From Oceanispirochaeta sp. (GTDB taxonomy: Bacteria > Spirochaetota > Spirochaetia > DSM-2461), in assembly GCA_963663385.2 (NCBI GenBank), contig CAXXXD010000001.1, positions 288,001 through 352,000 on the forward strand: a stretch of 64,000 bases of DNA, in the 5' to 3' direction. Of this stretch, positions 38,351 to 47,192 are shown piece after piece. Under the pieces are notes generated by a model. It was not told the DNA's origin. It ran no database searches and was given only the letters and a program-made list of their open reading frames with translations. The position numbers and the translations under genes are program-made. Each line of letters starts with the position of its first letter. Positions within the stretch are counted from its first letter, which is position 1.

Positions 38351-39937
38351 TTATTGCAGAGAGAACAATCTGAAACGGGTCTCACCCATCTCGTCAATGA
38401 CAAGAGAGTTATCCGCAGACAGGTATAAACTGCCCTGAGCCGATGAAAAATCGTATTCCACAACAGTAAAGATTTTTGATCTGTTTACAAACTCGCTGTA
38501 GTCAATCCGGATGGAGGGAACATCCCTGTTTCCTTCCCTCTGATCCAGAGAGATCAGAGCAATCAGGATACGCCCCCGGTCCCGTATAATCCACCAGGCA
38601 TAGCTGTCATCGGCAACAACTTTCAGAAGCCGCCCTTTTCTGAAAACATCCCTATAACGGGTATATACATCCTCAATTCTGTTCTGAACCTGCCGGAACA
38701 CCCTGTCTTCCAGGAATTCACTGTCAATCAGCAGGGGACGACGGTATCGCCCCAGTCCGCTGAACCGGGTCAGGAAATAGGTCCTCAGGGCATCAGAACG
38801 TTTATGCTGCTTACTGCTGATGGAAACAGTCCGGGAGTAAGGGATTTTCTTCCCTTCATTCATTTCAAAAAGGTCTCCCAGGGTATGGAACCAGGTATGA
38901 AAACTCTCCTCATCCATATCCTCTTCCTGCACTTCTGCGCAGCTGAAGAGGTTTGTCATCTCCTGAAAATCTTTTTCATAGGCCAGCAGGGGATGGTCCA
39001 CAATCCATCCGGTATATTTCCGCAGCCTCCCTTTTCCCGGATTCTGAACCAGTGTGACGGTTTTACGGGCTTCCTCAGGGGTCATGCCTTCGGGCAGGGA
39101 GAGGTAGATAAAGTCCATTGAATAACGATTCTGCAGATTCAGGAAAATATCGGCAAAATACTCCCTTCCGTCCCCGTTATCAAAATTGAAACAGACCGTA
39201 TCCTCCTCATTGAGAATAGACACAGGAGTTAGAGAGGCATCATATACTTTTTGCCTTATAGCCGTGTAGTCGTAATGCCCTTTTTCTATATAATCCGAAG
39301 CGGTAATGGCCCGCACTTCATCAACCGCATCGTTCTGCAGTTCCGGAGCTCTTCCGAATTTTTTCCATTTGAAGAACTCGGGCTTTCTATAGATAACAGC
39401 TGAATCGGGAGCGATCAGAGGAGAGAGGAAGTAACCTGTTTTCAAACCGATAAGGTGGGCAGCCGCCAGAAATAGGCGGAACTGATCTTCCAGGGAGATC
39501 CCCAGGGAATTCAGAAGAGGATCCGACAGCTCAGGGTCCAGCATGGAATGGCTGACCGGATAGAGAGGGAAGTCCTCCTGGATGCGTGTTACAGGAAACA
39601 GAACAATCGCATCGGTTCTGAGAAAAGGGAGAGAAGCGAGGGCCTTGAAAAAACTCCCGGCGTCCCTGACCTGACAGAACTGGAAATCGCTGGAACTCAT
39701 CCACCTGGCGTCCCGCCGCCGGCAGACCGGACTGGATGTGGAACGGAGAAGCGAGAGCCGCCTGTAGAAATCTACCAGAGTACCGGGTGAGAGAGCTTTT
39801 TCATCTTCTTTTCGGGTATCCAGGTATCCCCTGTGAGTATATTCACGGAATAAACGGAGCCCTGCCGCCGTGTCGCTTTCTGAAGCAGAAAAAGCCAGAG
39901 ATAAACGCTGCCATAAAACCTTACCTGATGCTGCCAT
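38351..39937 (-). CDS. GH13 (alpha-amylase superfamily, maltosyltransferase-like) fold protein, apparently lacking catalytic acids
   Basis: GSFFKALASLPFLRTDAIVLFPV, LDPELSDPLL...QFRLFLAAAHLIGLK and PEFFKW recall GH13 maltosyltransferase-like N-terminal motifs (comparison from memory). Confidence 0.55.
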   Translation of the reverse strand: MAASGKVLWQRLSLAFSASESDTAAGLRLFREYTHRGYLDTRKEDEKALSPGTLVDFYRRLSLLRSTSSPVCRRRDARWMSSSDFQFCQVRDAGSFFKALASLPFLRTDAIVLFPVTRIQEDFPLYPVSHSMLDPELSDPLLNSLGISLEDQFRLFLAAAHLIGLKTGYFLSPLIAPDSAVIYRKPEFFKWKKFGRAPELQNDAVDEVRAITASDYIEKGHYDYTAIRQKVYDASLTPVSILNEEDTVCFNFDNGDGREYFADIFLNLQNRYSMDFIYLSLPEGMTPEEARKTVTLVQNPGKGRLRKYTGWIVDHPLLAYEKDFQEMTNLFSCAEVQEEDMDEESFHTWFHTLGDLFEMNEGKKIPYSRTVSISSKQHKRSDALRTYFLTRFSGLGRYRRPLLIDSEFLEDRVFRQVQNRIEDVYTRYRDVFRKGRLLKVVADDSYAWWIIRDRGRILIALISLDQREGNRDVPSIRIDYSEFVNRSKIFTVVEYDFSSAQGSLYLSADNSLVIDEMGETRFRLFSLQ

Positions 39938-39972
39938 ACACTATTATACCATAACTGATCGAAAATTTGCGA

Positions 39973-41022
39973 TTAGAGCATTTTCCTTATAAATTCCTCT
40001 ACCAGGTCTATCTGAAGGTTCCGTGCCGGTCCCGGATAAAACATCTCCTGAAGATCTTTCACAGCCCCGTCCATCATCTGCCGCGCCTTTTCTCCGGCCT
40101 GTTTGATGCTGCCGGCTTCCTCCAGAACGGCAATTGCCTCCTCCACGGCATTCTGTCCCTTCTCCATACCCAGGCGATTCGCTTTTTCAAAAAGTTCAAC
40201 CAGGCGGGGAATATCCGTATTCCCCGAGTTGTAATACATTATGACAGGGAGGCTTTTCTTCCCCTCCACAATATCATCGCCCCTGTGCTTGCCGGGGTTT
40301 CCGGTTGTCAGGTTCTTTACATCATCCAGGATCTGAAATCCCACGCCTATCCGTTCCCAGATATCTCCGGCGGCATCAGCCTCCGGAACAGATCCGCCGG
40401 CCATAAGAATCCCCGCCTGAGCGGCGAACCGGGCCAGGGCACCTGTTTTAAAGCGGCACATCTGCAGATATACGTCTATGGAGGGAACCTCCTTATGGTT
40501 GTTATGCCACTGAATATCCAGCCCCTGTCCAAAGTGCAGGCGCCTGAGATTTTCACAATAGGAGTCCAGAATTTCAAAGCGGGTTTCCGCCGGTTTCCGC
40601 AGGTTCCTGACCAGTCCGGTAGCATTGAAATACATCAGGTTCCCCGCATTAATGGACAGATCCTCTCCATACATCAGATGAACTGAAGGCTTTCCCCTCC
40701 GCTCAACCGAATCGTCCTCAATATCATCAATAATCAGGGAACCGTTATGGGCCAATTCCACCAGGGGAGAGAGAGGATAGACTTCTTCCGGATTCCCCCC
40801 GAACGCTTCATTGGTCAGAACCATAACCAGGGGACGCCAGCGTTTTCCGCCCCGTTTAAGCAGTTCCACCCCAGGGGCATGAAAGGTATTGATCATGCCA
40901 ACAGGGACATCGGCCTCTTTAGTTTTAGTCATCCCGTCCATCCAGCTCTCATCTGCAGATTCAGGCATTACACCATACAGAGCCCCTTCAATTTTCCCCA
41001 ATCTATCTTTATACTGATCCAT
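39973..41022 (-). CDS. Polyprenyl diphosphate synthase
   Basis: GGKRWRP, IDDIEDDSVERRG (FARM), GQGLD, KTGAL and FQILDD (SARM). Confidence 0.93.
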   Translation of the reverse strand: MDQYKDRLGKIEGALYGVMPESADESWMDGMTKTKEADVPVGMINTFHAPGVELLKRGGKRWRPLVMVLTNEAFGGNPEEVYPLSPLVELAHNGSLIIDDIEDDSVERRGKPSVHLMYGEDLSINAGNLMYFNATGLVRNLRKPAETRFEILDSYCENLRRLHFGQGLDIQWHNNHKEVPSIDVYLQMCRFKTGALARFAAQAGILMAGGSVPEADAAGDIWERIGVGFQILDDVKNLTTGNPGKHRGDDIVEGKKSLPVIMYYNSGNTDIPRLVELFEKANRLGMEKGQNAVEEAIAVLEEAGSIKQAGEKARQMMDGAVKDLQEMFYPGPARNLQIDLVEEFIRKML

Positions 41023-41072
41023 ATTATTATCCTTTCTTTTTCAAGGGTTATTATAGACAAGGAGAAACCATT

Positions 41073-41669
41073 ATGTCCAATCGCAGCCGTCCCGACTTCT
41101 ATACACAGAAAGCTAAAAAAGAGGGATATATGGCCCGTTCCGTCTATAAACTGGAGGAGATACAGAATAAAACCAGGCTTATAAAACCAGGGGATACGGT
41201 TCTGGATGTAGGGGCTTCTCCCGGCAGCTGGACCCAGTATGTCCTTCGACTGTTAAAGGGAAAAGGCAAGGTTGTCGGGGCCGATCTAAAACCCCTGGGA
41301 AACTTCAAGGCAAAGGGAGACCTCTCCTTCATACAGGGGGATGTCTTCTCGGAAGATATTACGGAGCAGCTGAAAGCCCATGGTCCCTTTGATGTGATAA
41401 TAAGCGATGCGGCCCCCTCCACTTCCGGCAACAGACTGATGGATACCAGACGGTCCTACGATCTTGTAGAGAGGATTTTCGAGTTTTCCCTTAAATGGCT
41501 CAAACCGGGAGGGAACTTTACGGTCAAGGTGTTTCAGGGCGGTGACGAACAGGAGATTTTCGACCGAATGAAGGAAGAATTCGATCAGGTGAAACGGCTG
41601 AAGCCCAAGGCTGTGAGGAAGGAGTCCTTTGAGACATATTTTATCGGGCTGGGACGGAAAGGGGAGTAA
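41073..41669 (+). CDS. rlmE: 23S rRNA Um2552 2'-O-methyltransferase
   Basis: ARSVYKLEEI, LDVGASPGSWTQ, ISDAAP, KVFQG and KPKAVRKESFE. Confidence 0.95.
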   Translation: MSNRSRPDFYTQKAKKEGYMARSVYKLEEIQNKTRLIKPGDTVLDVGASPGSWTQYVLRLLKGKGKVVGADLKPLGNFKAKGDLSFIQGDVFSEDITEQLKAHGPFDVIISDAAPSTSGNRLMDTRRSYDLVERIFEFSLKWLKPGGNFTVKVFQGGDEQEIFDRMKEEFDQVKRLKPKAVRKESFETYFIGLGRKGE

Positions 41670-41730
41670 GTTCCCTCCTTTTATGATCAGCAGGGATGGA
41701 TTAATTCAACTGAACGCATCTTCGGAGATT

Positions 41731-42750
41731 TTATTCATCTCTTTTCTCTATCAATTTCTCAATCTCCCTATCAAAATCGGAGATGTAGTTTCTGTCCTGA
41801 ATGACTCGATACTTATCATATTCCGCTTCCGCTTTGATTTTTGCCTCCAGAGCCGAGACTCTTCCCTTATCAAGTAAAATGGGATAGTCCGATAGTTCCA
41901 GAAATCGGTCAAGGAACACAACCCAGTCTTTCATATTCATGACAATGCCCCGTCTGGCTCGATTTTCCGCCAAATCAAGATAGGCGGAAACAATTCTTTC
42001 CAGCTCTTTTAAATGCTCTGCTTCCAGGTAATTTTTTGCAACAGTCACATCGGATTTGAGGATTTTGCCGTCAGGAGCTTGTTTCCACGTCTTCAAGCCC
42101 ATATAAATTTTTGTAGCATCCGCTTCGGAATATATGATTTCGGCCGCTGTTTTCCCTTGTATAGCCCAGTGAAGTTTATTTTGTGTTGTGGCAAAAAACT
42201 CTTTTGTCACTTCAGCATTTTTATCATAATCGGCGGATAGAGCGTAGATATCGGTAATTTTCTGATAGAACCTTCTTTCGCTCAGGCGGATTTCCCTGAT
42301 GCGTTCCAAAAGCTCATCGAAGTAGTCCTGCCCGAAATGCTGCACAGATTTAAGCCTTTCATCGTCCATGGCAAAGCCTTTGATGATGTATTCGTGAAGA
42401 ACGTCGGTCGCCCACTTTCTGAACTCGGTGGCTCTTTGTGAGTTTACACGGTACCCAACGGCTGTAATGGCTCTTAAGTTATAGTATTTCGAACTGTATT
42501 GTTTCCCATCTTCGGCAGTATGTCGGAAATCCCGACATACTGAACGTTCCTTCAGCTCACCCGATTTAAAGATATTGCTCAGATGTTCTGTGATGGTACT
42601 CCGACCTTTTTCGAATAGTTCTGCTATTTTCTTTTGCGTCAGCCAGAGGGTTTCTTCGTAAAAGAAGACATCAATATTTACTTTACCGGTTTTAGTTTGG
42701 AATATTACGTAGTTATTTAGTGGTTGTAGGTCGTTGCTGCTCTTTTTCAT
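41731..42750 (-). CDS. RhuM family protein
   Basis: TLWLTQKKIAELF, YNLRAITAVGYRVNS.RAT.FR.WAT, GFAMDDERLK, IREIRLSERRFYQKITDIY and QNKLHWA. Confidence 0.9.
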   Translation of the reverse strand: MKKSSNDLQPLNNYVIFQTKTGKVNIDVFFYEETLWLTQKKIAELFEKGRSTITEHLSNIFKSGELKERSVCRDFRHTAEDGKQYSSKYYNLRAITAVGYRVNSQRATEFRKWATDVLHEYIIKGFAMDDERLKSVQHFGQDYFDELLERIREIRLSERRFYQKITDIYALSADYDKNAEVTKEFFATTQNKLHWAIQGKTAAEIIYSEADATKIYMGLKTWKQAPDGKILKSDVTVAKNYLEAEHLKELERIVSAYLDLAENRARRGIVMNMKDWVVFLDRFLELSDYPILLDKGRVSALEAKIKAEAEYDKYRVIQDRNYISDFDREIEKLIEKRDE

Positions 42751-42872
42751 TATGAAACCTCTGTTATGGCATGGACGCCGGGCATCTTGAAGCGTGATAC
42801 CATTTTATCATAGAGGGCAATTTTGTTGAATAAATCCGTGCTTGTATCTGAACAACTATATATCTTCAGATG

Positions 42873-42940
42873 AACGGCTGAAACCAAAGGTGGTACGGAA
42901 AGGGTCTTCTGAGAGCTGTTGTACCGGGCTGGACCGTAAA
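42873..42940 (+). pseudogene. Decayed duplicate of the rlmE 3' end
   Basis: Ungapped 50/68 nt identity to 41593-41660 (hand count). Translates RLKPKVVRKGSSESCCTGLDRK versus RLKPKAVRKESFETYFIGLGRK. Confidence 0.8.
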
Positions 42941-42981
42941 AGCAACAGAAAATCCCTGTTTTTTCCTGTTTCTACGCTCTT

Positions 42982-42999
42982 ACCTAACTTAAGTTAGGT
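42982..42999. promoter_or_regulatory. Perfect 18-bp palindrome in the rhuM/WYL divergent region
   Basis: ACCTAACTTAAGTTAGGT; a TATAAT lies at 43043-43048 before the WYL start. Confidence 0.5.
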
Positions 43000-43142
43000 G
43001 GGCATATGACAAAAAACATTAGGAAAGCCCTACTTTCTGTAATATAATGAACATTACTTTTATCGAATTTAAATAGTCTTCTGATACAAATCAGACTCTC
43101 TATCAATTCTTTAAACTCCAGATTAATTACAGGAAGCTTGCT

Positions 43143-44090
43143 TTGAGCCAGACAGACAGGGTGTTTGACATCTATAACAGACTGCGTGACGGAAGACCTT
43201 TCACAGTAAAGGAATTCACAGAAAAATATGAGGTTTCCAACAGGACTGTTAAACGGGATATTGAATTTGTCCGGGACAGGCTGGCCATTGATATCCAGTG
43301 CTCAAACGGCTCCCATCCCCTATATACAATAACAGAAGACGACCGGTGTGCTCTAAACAGGCGACAGGCTGACCAGAGCTTGCTGCTTTTTGCTCTGTTA
43401 GACAGCTTCAGTCGGAATCATTTCCTTTTTCCCATGGACTATAAACAACTCAGGGATTCTTTAAATCTCCCCCTCTCAAATCAGTTCCTTAATCTGGCGG
43501 AACATATCACTTATGAAATGTCAGAAGAGAAGTCCATTAAGCTGGATTTGTTCCATAGTCTAATGGCCTCTATTCAAGACAAAAAACAGATCTCTATCGG
43601 ATATTCGGATTTGAAAGGAGAAATCACGCGTCGCAGAGTTGAGCCATGTCACTTACGGAACAGTGACGGGCAGTGGTATCTGCTGGCCTGGTGCCATTTG
43701 CGAGGAGATTTGCGGATTTTTCATGTGTCCCGGATTTCCGGTTGGAGTGCATTAGAGAGGCCTTTTACTATGTCTGTTACGCAGGGAGAGATTTGCCGTG
43801 TTCTGGATAACAGTTTCGGTATTATGTCGGATAAGAATGGGTGTGTGACGCCTGTTACGGTTTTGTTTTCCGGGAAGGCTGTGAAGCTGGTGGAAGGGAA
43901 ACGGTGGCATGAGGAGCAGATAGTAGAAGTTGTTCCGGAGGGACTGAAAGTTTCTTTTCCTGTGGAGTCTTTTGAAGAGGTTTTACGGATTGTGCTTTCT
44001 TATCATTCGGAGGCTGAGGTTTTGGAGCCCAGGGAGTTTCGAGAGATTTGGCTGGGGAAGATTCGGGAGATGGGTGAAAGATTTTTGTAG
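43143..44090 (+). CDS. HTH-WYL-WCX transcriptional regulator (YafY/PafB-like)
   Basis: EKYEVSNRTVKRDIEFVR HTH; RRVEPCHL..DGQWYLLAWCHLRGDLRIFHVSRI; EVLEPREFRE C-terminus; TTG start. Confidence 0.93.
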   Translation: MSQTDRVFDIYNRLRDGRPFTVKEFTEKYEVSNRTVKRDIEFVRDRLAIDIQCSNGSHPLYTITEDDRCALNRRQADQSLLLFALLDSFSRNHFLFPMDYKQLRDSLNLPLSNQFLNLAEHITYEMSEEKSIKLDLFHSLMASIQDKKQISIGYSDLKGEITRRRVEPCHLRNSDGQWYLLAWCHLRGDLRIFHVSRISGWSALERPFTMSVTQGEICRVLDNSFGIMSDKNGCVTPVTVLFSGKAVKLVEGKRWHEEQIVEVVPEGLKVSFPVESFEEVLRIVLSYHSEAEVLEPREFREIWLGKIREMGERFL

Positions 44091-44123
44091 GGACAGTCTG
44101 TGTCCCTGGGGGTGGTGTAGGAT
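44089..44123 (+). promoter_or_regulatory. Putative WYL-regulator site and -10 element for the cas operon
   Basis: AGGGACA-GTCTG-TGTCCCT inverted repeat (44089-44107), then TAGGAT (44118-44123). No canonical -35; GGAGGAG RBS before cas3. Confidence 0.6.
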
Positions 44124-44171
44124 GGTTCCAGAATACAGGAGTATCCTGGAAAATTATTTACTGGAGGAGTT

Positions 44172-46418
44172 TTGAAAAATTACATCGCGCATGTTCGACA
44201 AGATACAAACAGAAATTGGGTTATCCATTCTCTGGATGAACATTTGACAGGTGTTCAAAAATTGGCTGATCAATACGCGTCAAGTTTTTCCAGTTCAGAT
44301 TGGACCTCTGCAGCTTCGCTCCTTCATGACCTTGGAAAAAGCTCTGATACTTTTCAAAAATATATAGATTCGAAAAGTGGGTATAACAGTTTTGAAGCAC
44401 ATATTGAAGATAAACCTGGAAAAGTTATCCATTCCACACATGGTGCTGTTTGGGCGTATCGAAACTGGGGCGAGCAGATAGGGAAAGTCATAGCTTATCT
44501 CATTTCTGGGCATCATGGAGGGCTACCTGATTGGAATCATGAGATTAGTATTGGAGGCAATCTTGAGTACCGTCTGAAAGAAGATGAAATAAATAAACTA
44601 CCCCAATTGCCTGATGAAATTGTGGAGAATATTGCCAATAGAGTTAAAATGCCGAATTCAATCCCAGAGTTTATTAATTCTGATGAATACGAACATATTC
44701 ATCTTTGGATTCGAATGCTCTATTCCTGCTTGGTAGATGCTGATTTTCTTGATACAGAGCGGTTTATGGATCAAGAAAAGTTTGAGAGTCGACGGCAGCA
44801 TAGTTCTATCAGAGTTTTAAAAGGACTTTTTGATGCACACATGGATTCTCTTTTAAAAAGGTCATCTGATACTAAAGTAAATCATATTCGCTCTTCTATA
44901 TTGACACAGTGTAGAGAACAAGCTGGTAAAGAGCCGGGAATCTTTTCTCTAACTGTTCCTACAGGAGGCGGAAAAACTCTCTCGTCTATGGCTTTTGCAC
45001 TGGAACATGCCATCAAGTATGGTAAAGAAAAAATCATCATGGTTATTCCCTATACCAGTATTATTGAACAGACTTCAAAAATCTATAAAGAGATCTTTCG
45101 GGAAGAAAATGTAATAGAACATCATAGCTCTCTTGATCCTGATAAAGAATCGTTTCAAAGTCGCTTAGCGACAGAAAACTGGGACGCACCCATTATTGTT
45201 ACAACAAGCGTTCAATTCTTTGAATCTCTCTTTGCTGCTAAACCTTCAAAATGTAGAAAACTTCATAATATTGTAAATAGTGTTGTGATAATCGATGAAG
45301 TTCAAATGTTACCTACGGATTTTTTAAAACCTATTCTTGAGAGTATTAACGGATTGACAAAGTACTTCAACGTTTCAATGGTTTTTTGCACTGCAACTCA
45401 GCCCGCCATCACATCAAAAATATTCCAGAAAGGCAATGGTGACTACTATGCCATTCTTGAAAAGGAGAGATGTCGTGAAATCATGGTTTCTCCCTCTCCT
45501 GAGGAATTAACAGAACAGCTTCAACGGGTGAAAGTCGAACAGATTGGGAGGTTTACAGAATGGGAATCATTAGCTGAAGAGCTGATGAAATATCCAAAGG
45601 CTTTATGTGTCGTAAATACCCGGAATGATTGTCGGGAACTTTTTTTAAAAATGCCGGAAGGAACCATTCATCTCTCCGCAAATATGTGTGGTGAGCATCG
45701 AAGCGATTGTATAGAAGAAATCAAAGAGATGTTGAAATCTGATAATCCCATATGTGTTGTGAGTACTCAATTAGTAGAGGCGGGGGTGGATTTTGACTTT
45801 CCAGTAGTATTTCGTGCTATGGCTGGCTTTGATTCTATTGCTCAGGCAGCGGGACGGTGTAATAGAGAAGGTCTTTTACAGGAGAATGGTAAGGTTTTTG
45901 TTTTTGAACCGCCTAAACCGGCTCCAGTTGGATTGCTCCGAAAAGGAGAGCAGGCTGGAAAGGGAATTCTTTCCAAGGAACCAGAGGGGTGTCGAAATTT
46001 ATTGCCTCATACATTTAAAAAATATTTTGAACTCTATTTCGAAAGCTTAATAAGTTTTGATAAACAAAAGATCGAAACTCTGTTGGTAAAGAATTCATCA
46101 GACTTCAACTTCCAGTTTCGTACTGCGGCCAGTAAATTCAACCTCATAGATAACCAACGTCAGATTTCTGTTGTTGTATGGTATAAAAAAGATAAAGAGA
46201 AAATTCAGACTTTAATTGATGAATTACGATTCTCCGGCCCAAACCGAACGCTGATGCGTAAACTTCAGCGGTACATTGTCTCTATTCCTGAAAACATTTT
46301 CTTTGAAGTAAAAGGTTCATTTGAAGAAGTAGGAGGAATCTGGTGTCAGGATGCGGATTCTCTTTATGATAATTGTCTGGGTTTTGTCGGATATAGTGGG
46401 GAACTTCCCATTTTATAG
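44172..46418 (+). CDS. cas3: CRISPR-associated HD nuclease/helicase Cas3
   Basis: HSLDEHL, LHDLGK, HHGGL, LVDADFLD, PTGGGKT, IDEVQ, TATQP and QAAGRCNR. Confidence 0.97.
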   Translation: MKNYIAHVRQDTNRNWVIHSLDEHLTGVQKLADQYASSFSSSDWTSAASLLHDLGKSSDTFQKYIDSKSGYNSFEAHIEDKPGKVIHSTHGAVWAYRNWGEQIGKVIAYLISGHHGGLPDWNHEISIGGNLEYRLKEDEINKLPQLPDEIVENIANRVKMPNSIPEFINSDEYEHIHLWIRMLYSCLVDADFLDTERFMDQEKFESRRQHSSIRVLKGLFDAHMDSLLKRSSDTKVNHIRSSILTQCREQAGKEPGIFSLTVPTGGGKTLSSMAFALEHAIKYGKEKIIMVIPYTSIIEQTSKIYKEIFREENVIEHHSSLDPDKESFQSRLATENWDAPIIVTTSVQFFESLFAAKPSKCRKLHNIVNSVVIIDEVQMLPTDFLKPILESINGLTKYFNVSMVFCTATQPAITSKIFQKGNGDYYAILEKERCREIMVSPSPEELTEQLQRVKVEQIGRFTEWESLAEELMKYPKALCVVNTRNDCRELFLKMPEGTIHLSANMCGEHRSDCIEEIKEMLKSDNPICVVSTQLVEAGVDFDFPVVFRAMAGFDSIAQAAGRCNREGLLQENGKVFVFEPPKPAPVGLLRKGEQAGKGILSKEPEGCRNLLPHTFKKYFELYFESLISFDKQKIETLLVKNSSDFNFQFRTAASKFNLIDNQRQISVVVWYKKDKEKIQTLIDELRFSGPNRTLMRKLQRYIVSIPENIFFEVKGSFEEVGGIWCQDADSLYDNCLGFVGYSGELPIL

Positions 46419-46442
46419 CATTATATAATCAAGGAGGCACAG

Positions 46443-47192
46443 TTGAGCGGTAAAGAAAAAACATTCTGCCTTGAAGTATGGGGAGATTATGCTTGTTTCA
46501 CCCGTCCGGAGATGAAAGTAGAACGAGTCAGTTATGATGTCATAACCCCTTCGGCAGCAAGAGCGATTTTTGAAGCCATTTTCTGGAAGCCCGCAATAAA
46601 GTGGCATATTCGGACTATTGAAATTCTTGCTCCCATTAAAAACATTTCCATCAGGCGGAATGAGGTTGGTTCTATAGCTGGAACAGGCAGGAAATCAGAA
46701 ATATTTATTGAAGATAACCGCTTACAGCGTGCGGGCCTTCTATTACGGGACGTTCGCTATCGAATTCATGCATGGTTGGAGTATCTTCCTGTAAATGAAC
46801 GTAAAGGGAACTTCAAATCTGTTCCTGAATTTTTGTGGGATAAAGAGGAAATTCAAGAGATTCGTGCATCCGTAAAAGCTTATGAGAAAAAGAAGGATGA
46901 AAATCCCGGAAAATATCTAGCTATGTTTGAAAGACGGGCCAGGAAAGGACAGTGTTTTAATCAACCTTATCTTGGTTGTCGGGAATTTTCTGCCAGTTTT
47001 GAATTGGTAGAGAATACTTCGGTTTATCATGATTACTTTTCACCAATTTCAAATACTCGTGATCTTGGGTTTATGCTCTATGATCTTGACTTTTCAAATC
47101 CAGAGGATATTCGGCCTGCTTTCTTTCGGGCGCAGATGAATAATGGAAAGATTGTTGTTCCTGATTGGAATAGCGAAGAGGTGCGCAAATGA
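46443..47192 (+). CDS. cas5c: Type I-C Cas5 (Cas5d; pre-crRNA processing)
   Basis: GDYACFTRPEMKVERVSYDVITPSAARAIFEAIFWKP, PYLGCREF and DLGFMLYD. Confidence 0.97.
   Translation: MSGKEKTFCLEVWGDYACFTRPEMKVERVSYDVITPSAARAIFEAIFWKPAIKWHIRTIEILAPIKNISIRRNEVGSIAGTGRKSEIFIEDNRLQRAGLLLRDVRYRIHAWLEYLPVNERKGNFKSVPEFLWDKEEIQEIRASVKAYEKKKDENPGKYLAMFERRARKGQCFNQPYLGCREFSASFELVENTSVYHDYFSPISNTRDLGFMLYDLDFSNPEDIRPAFFRAQMNNGKIVVPDWNSEEVRK

Noticed and set aside
42751..44171. Search for a CreA/CreR-type mini-CRISPR or degenerate repeats near the cas genes
   Set aside because: No convincing GTCGC...GAAAC-like repeat pair was seen by eye in the intergenic regions. A covariance or local alignment search could still find one.
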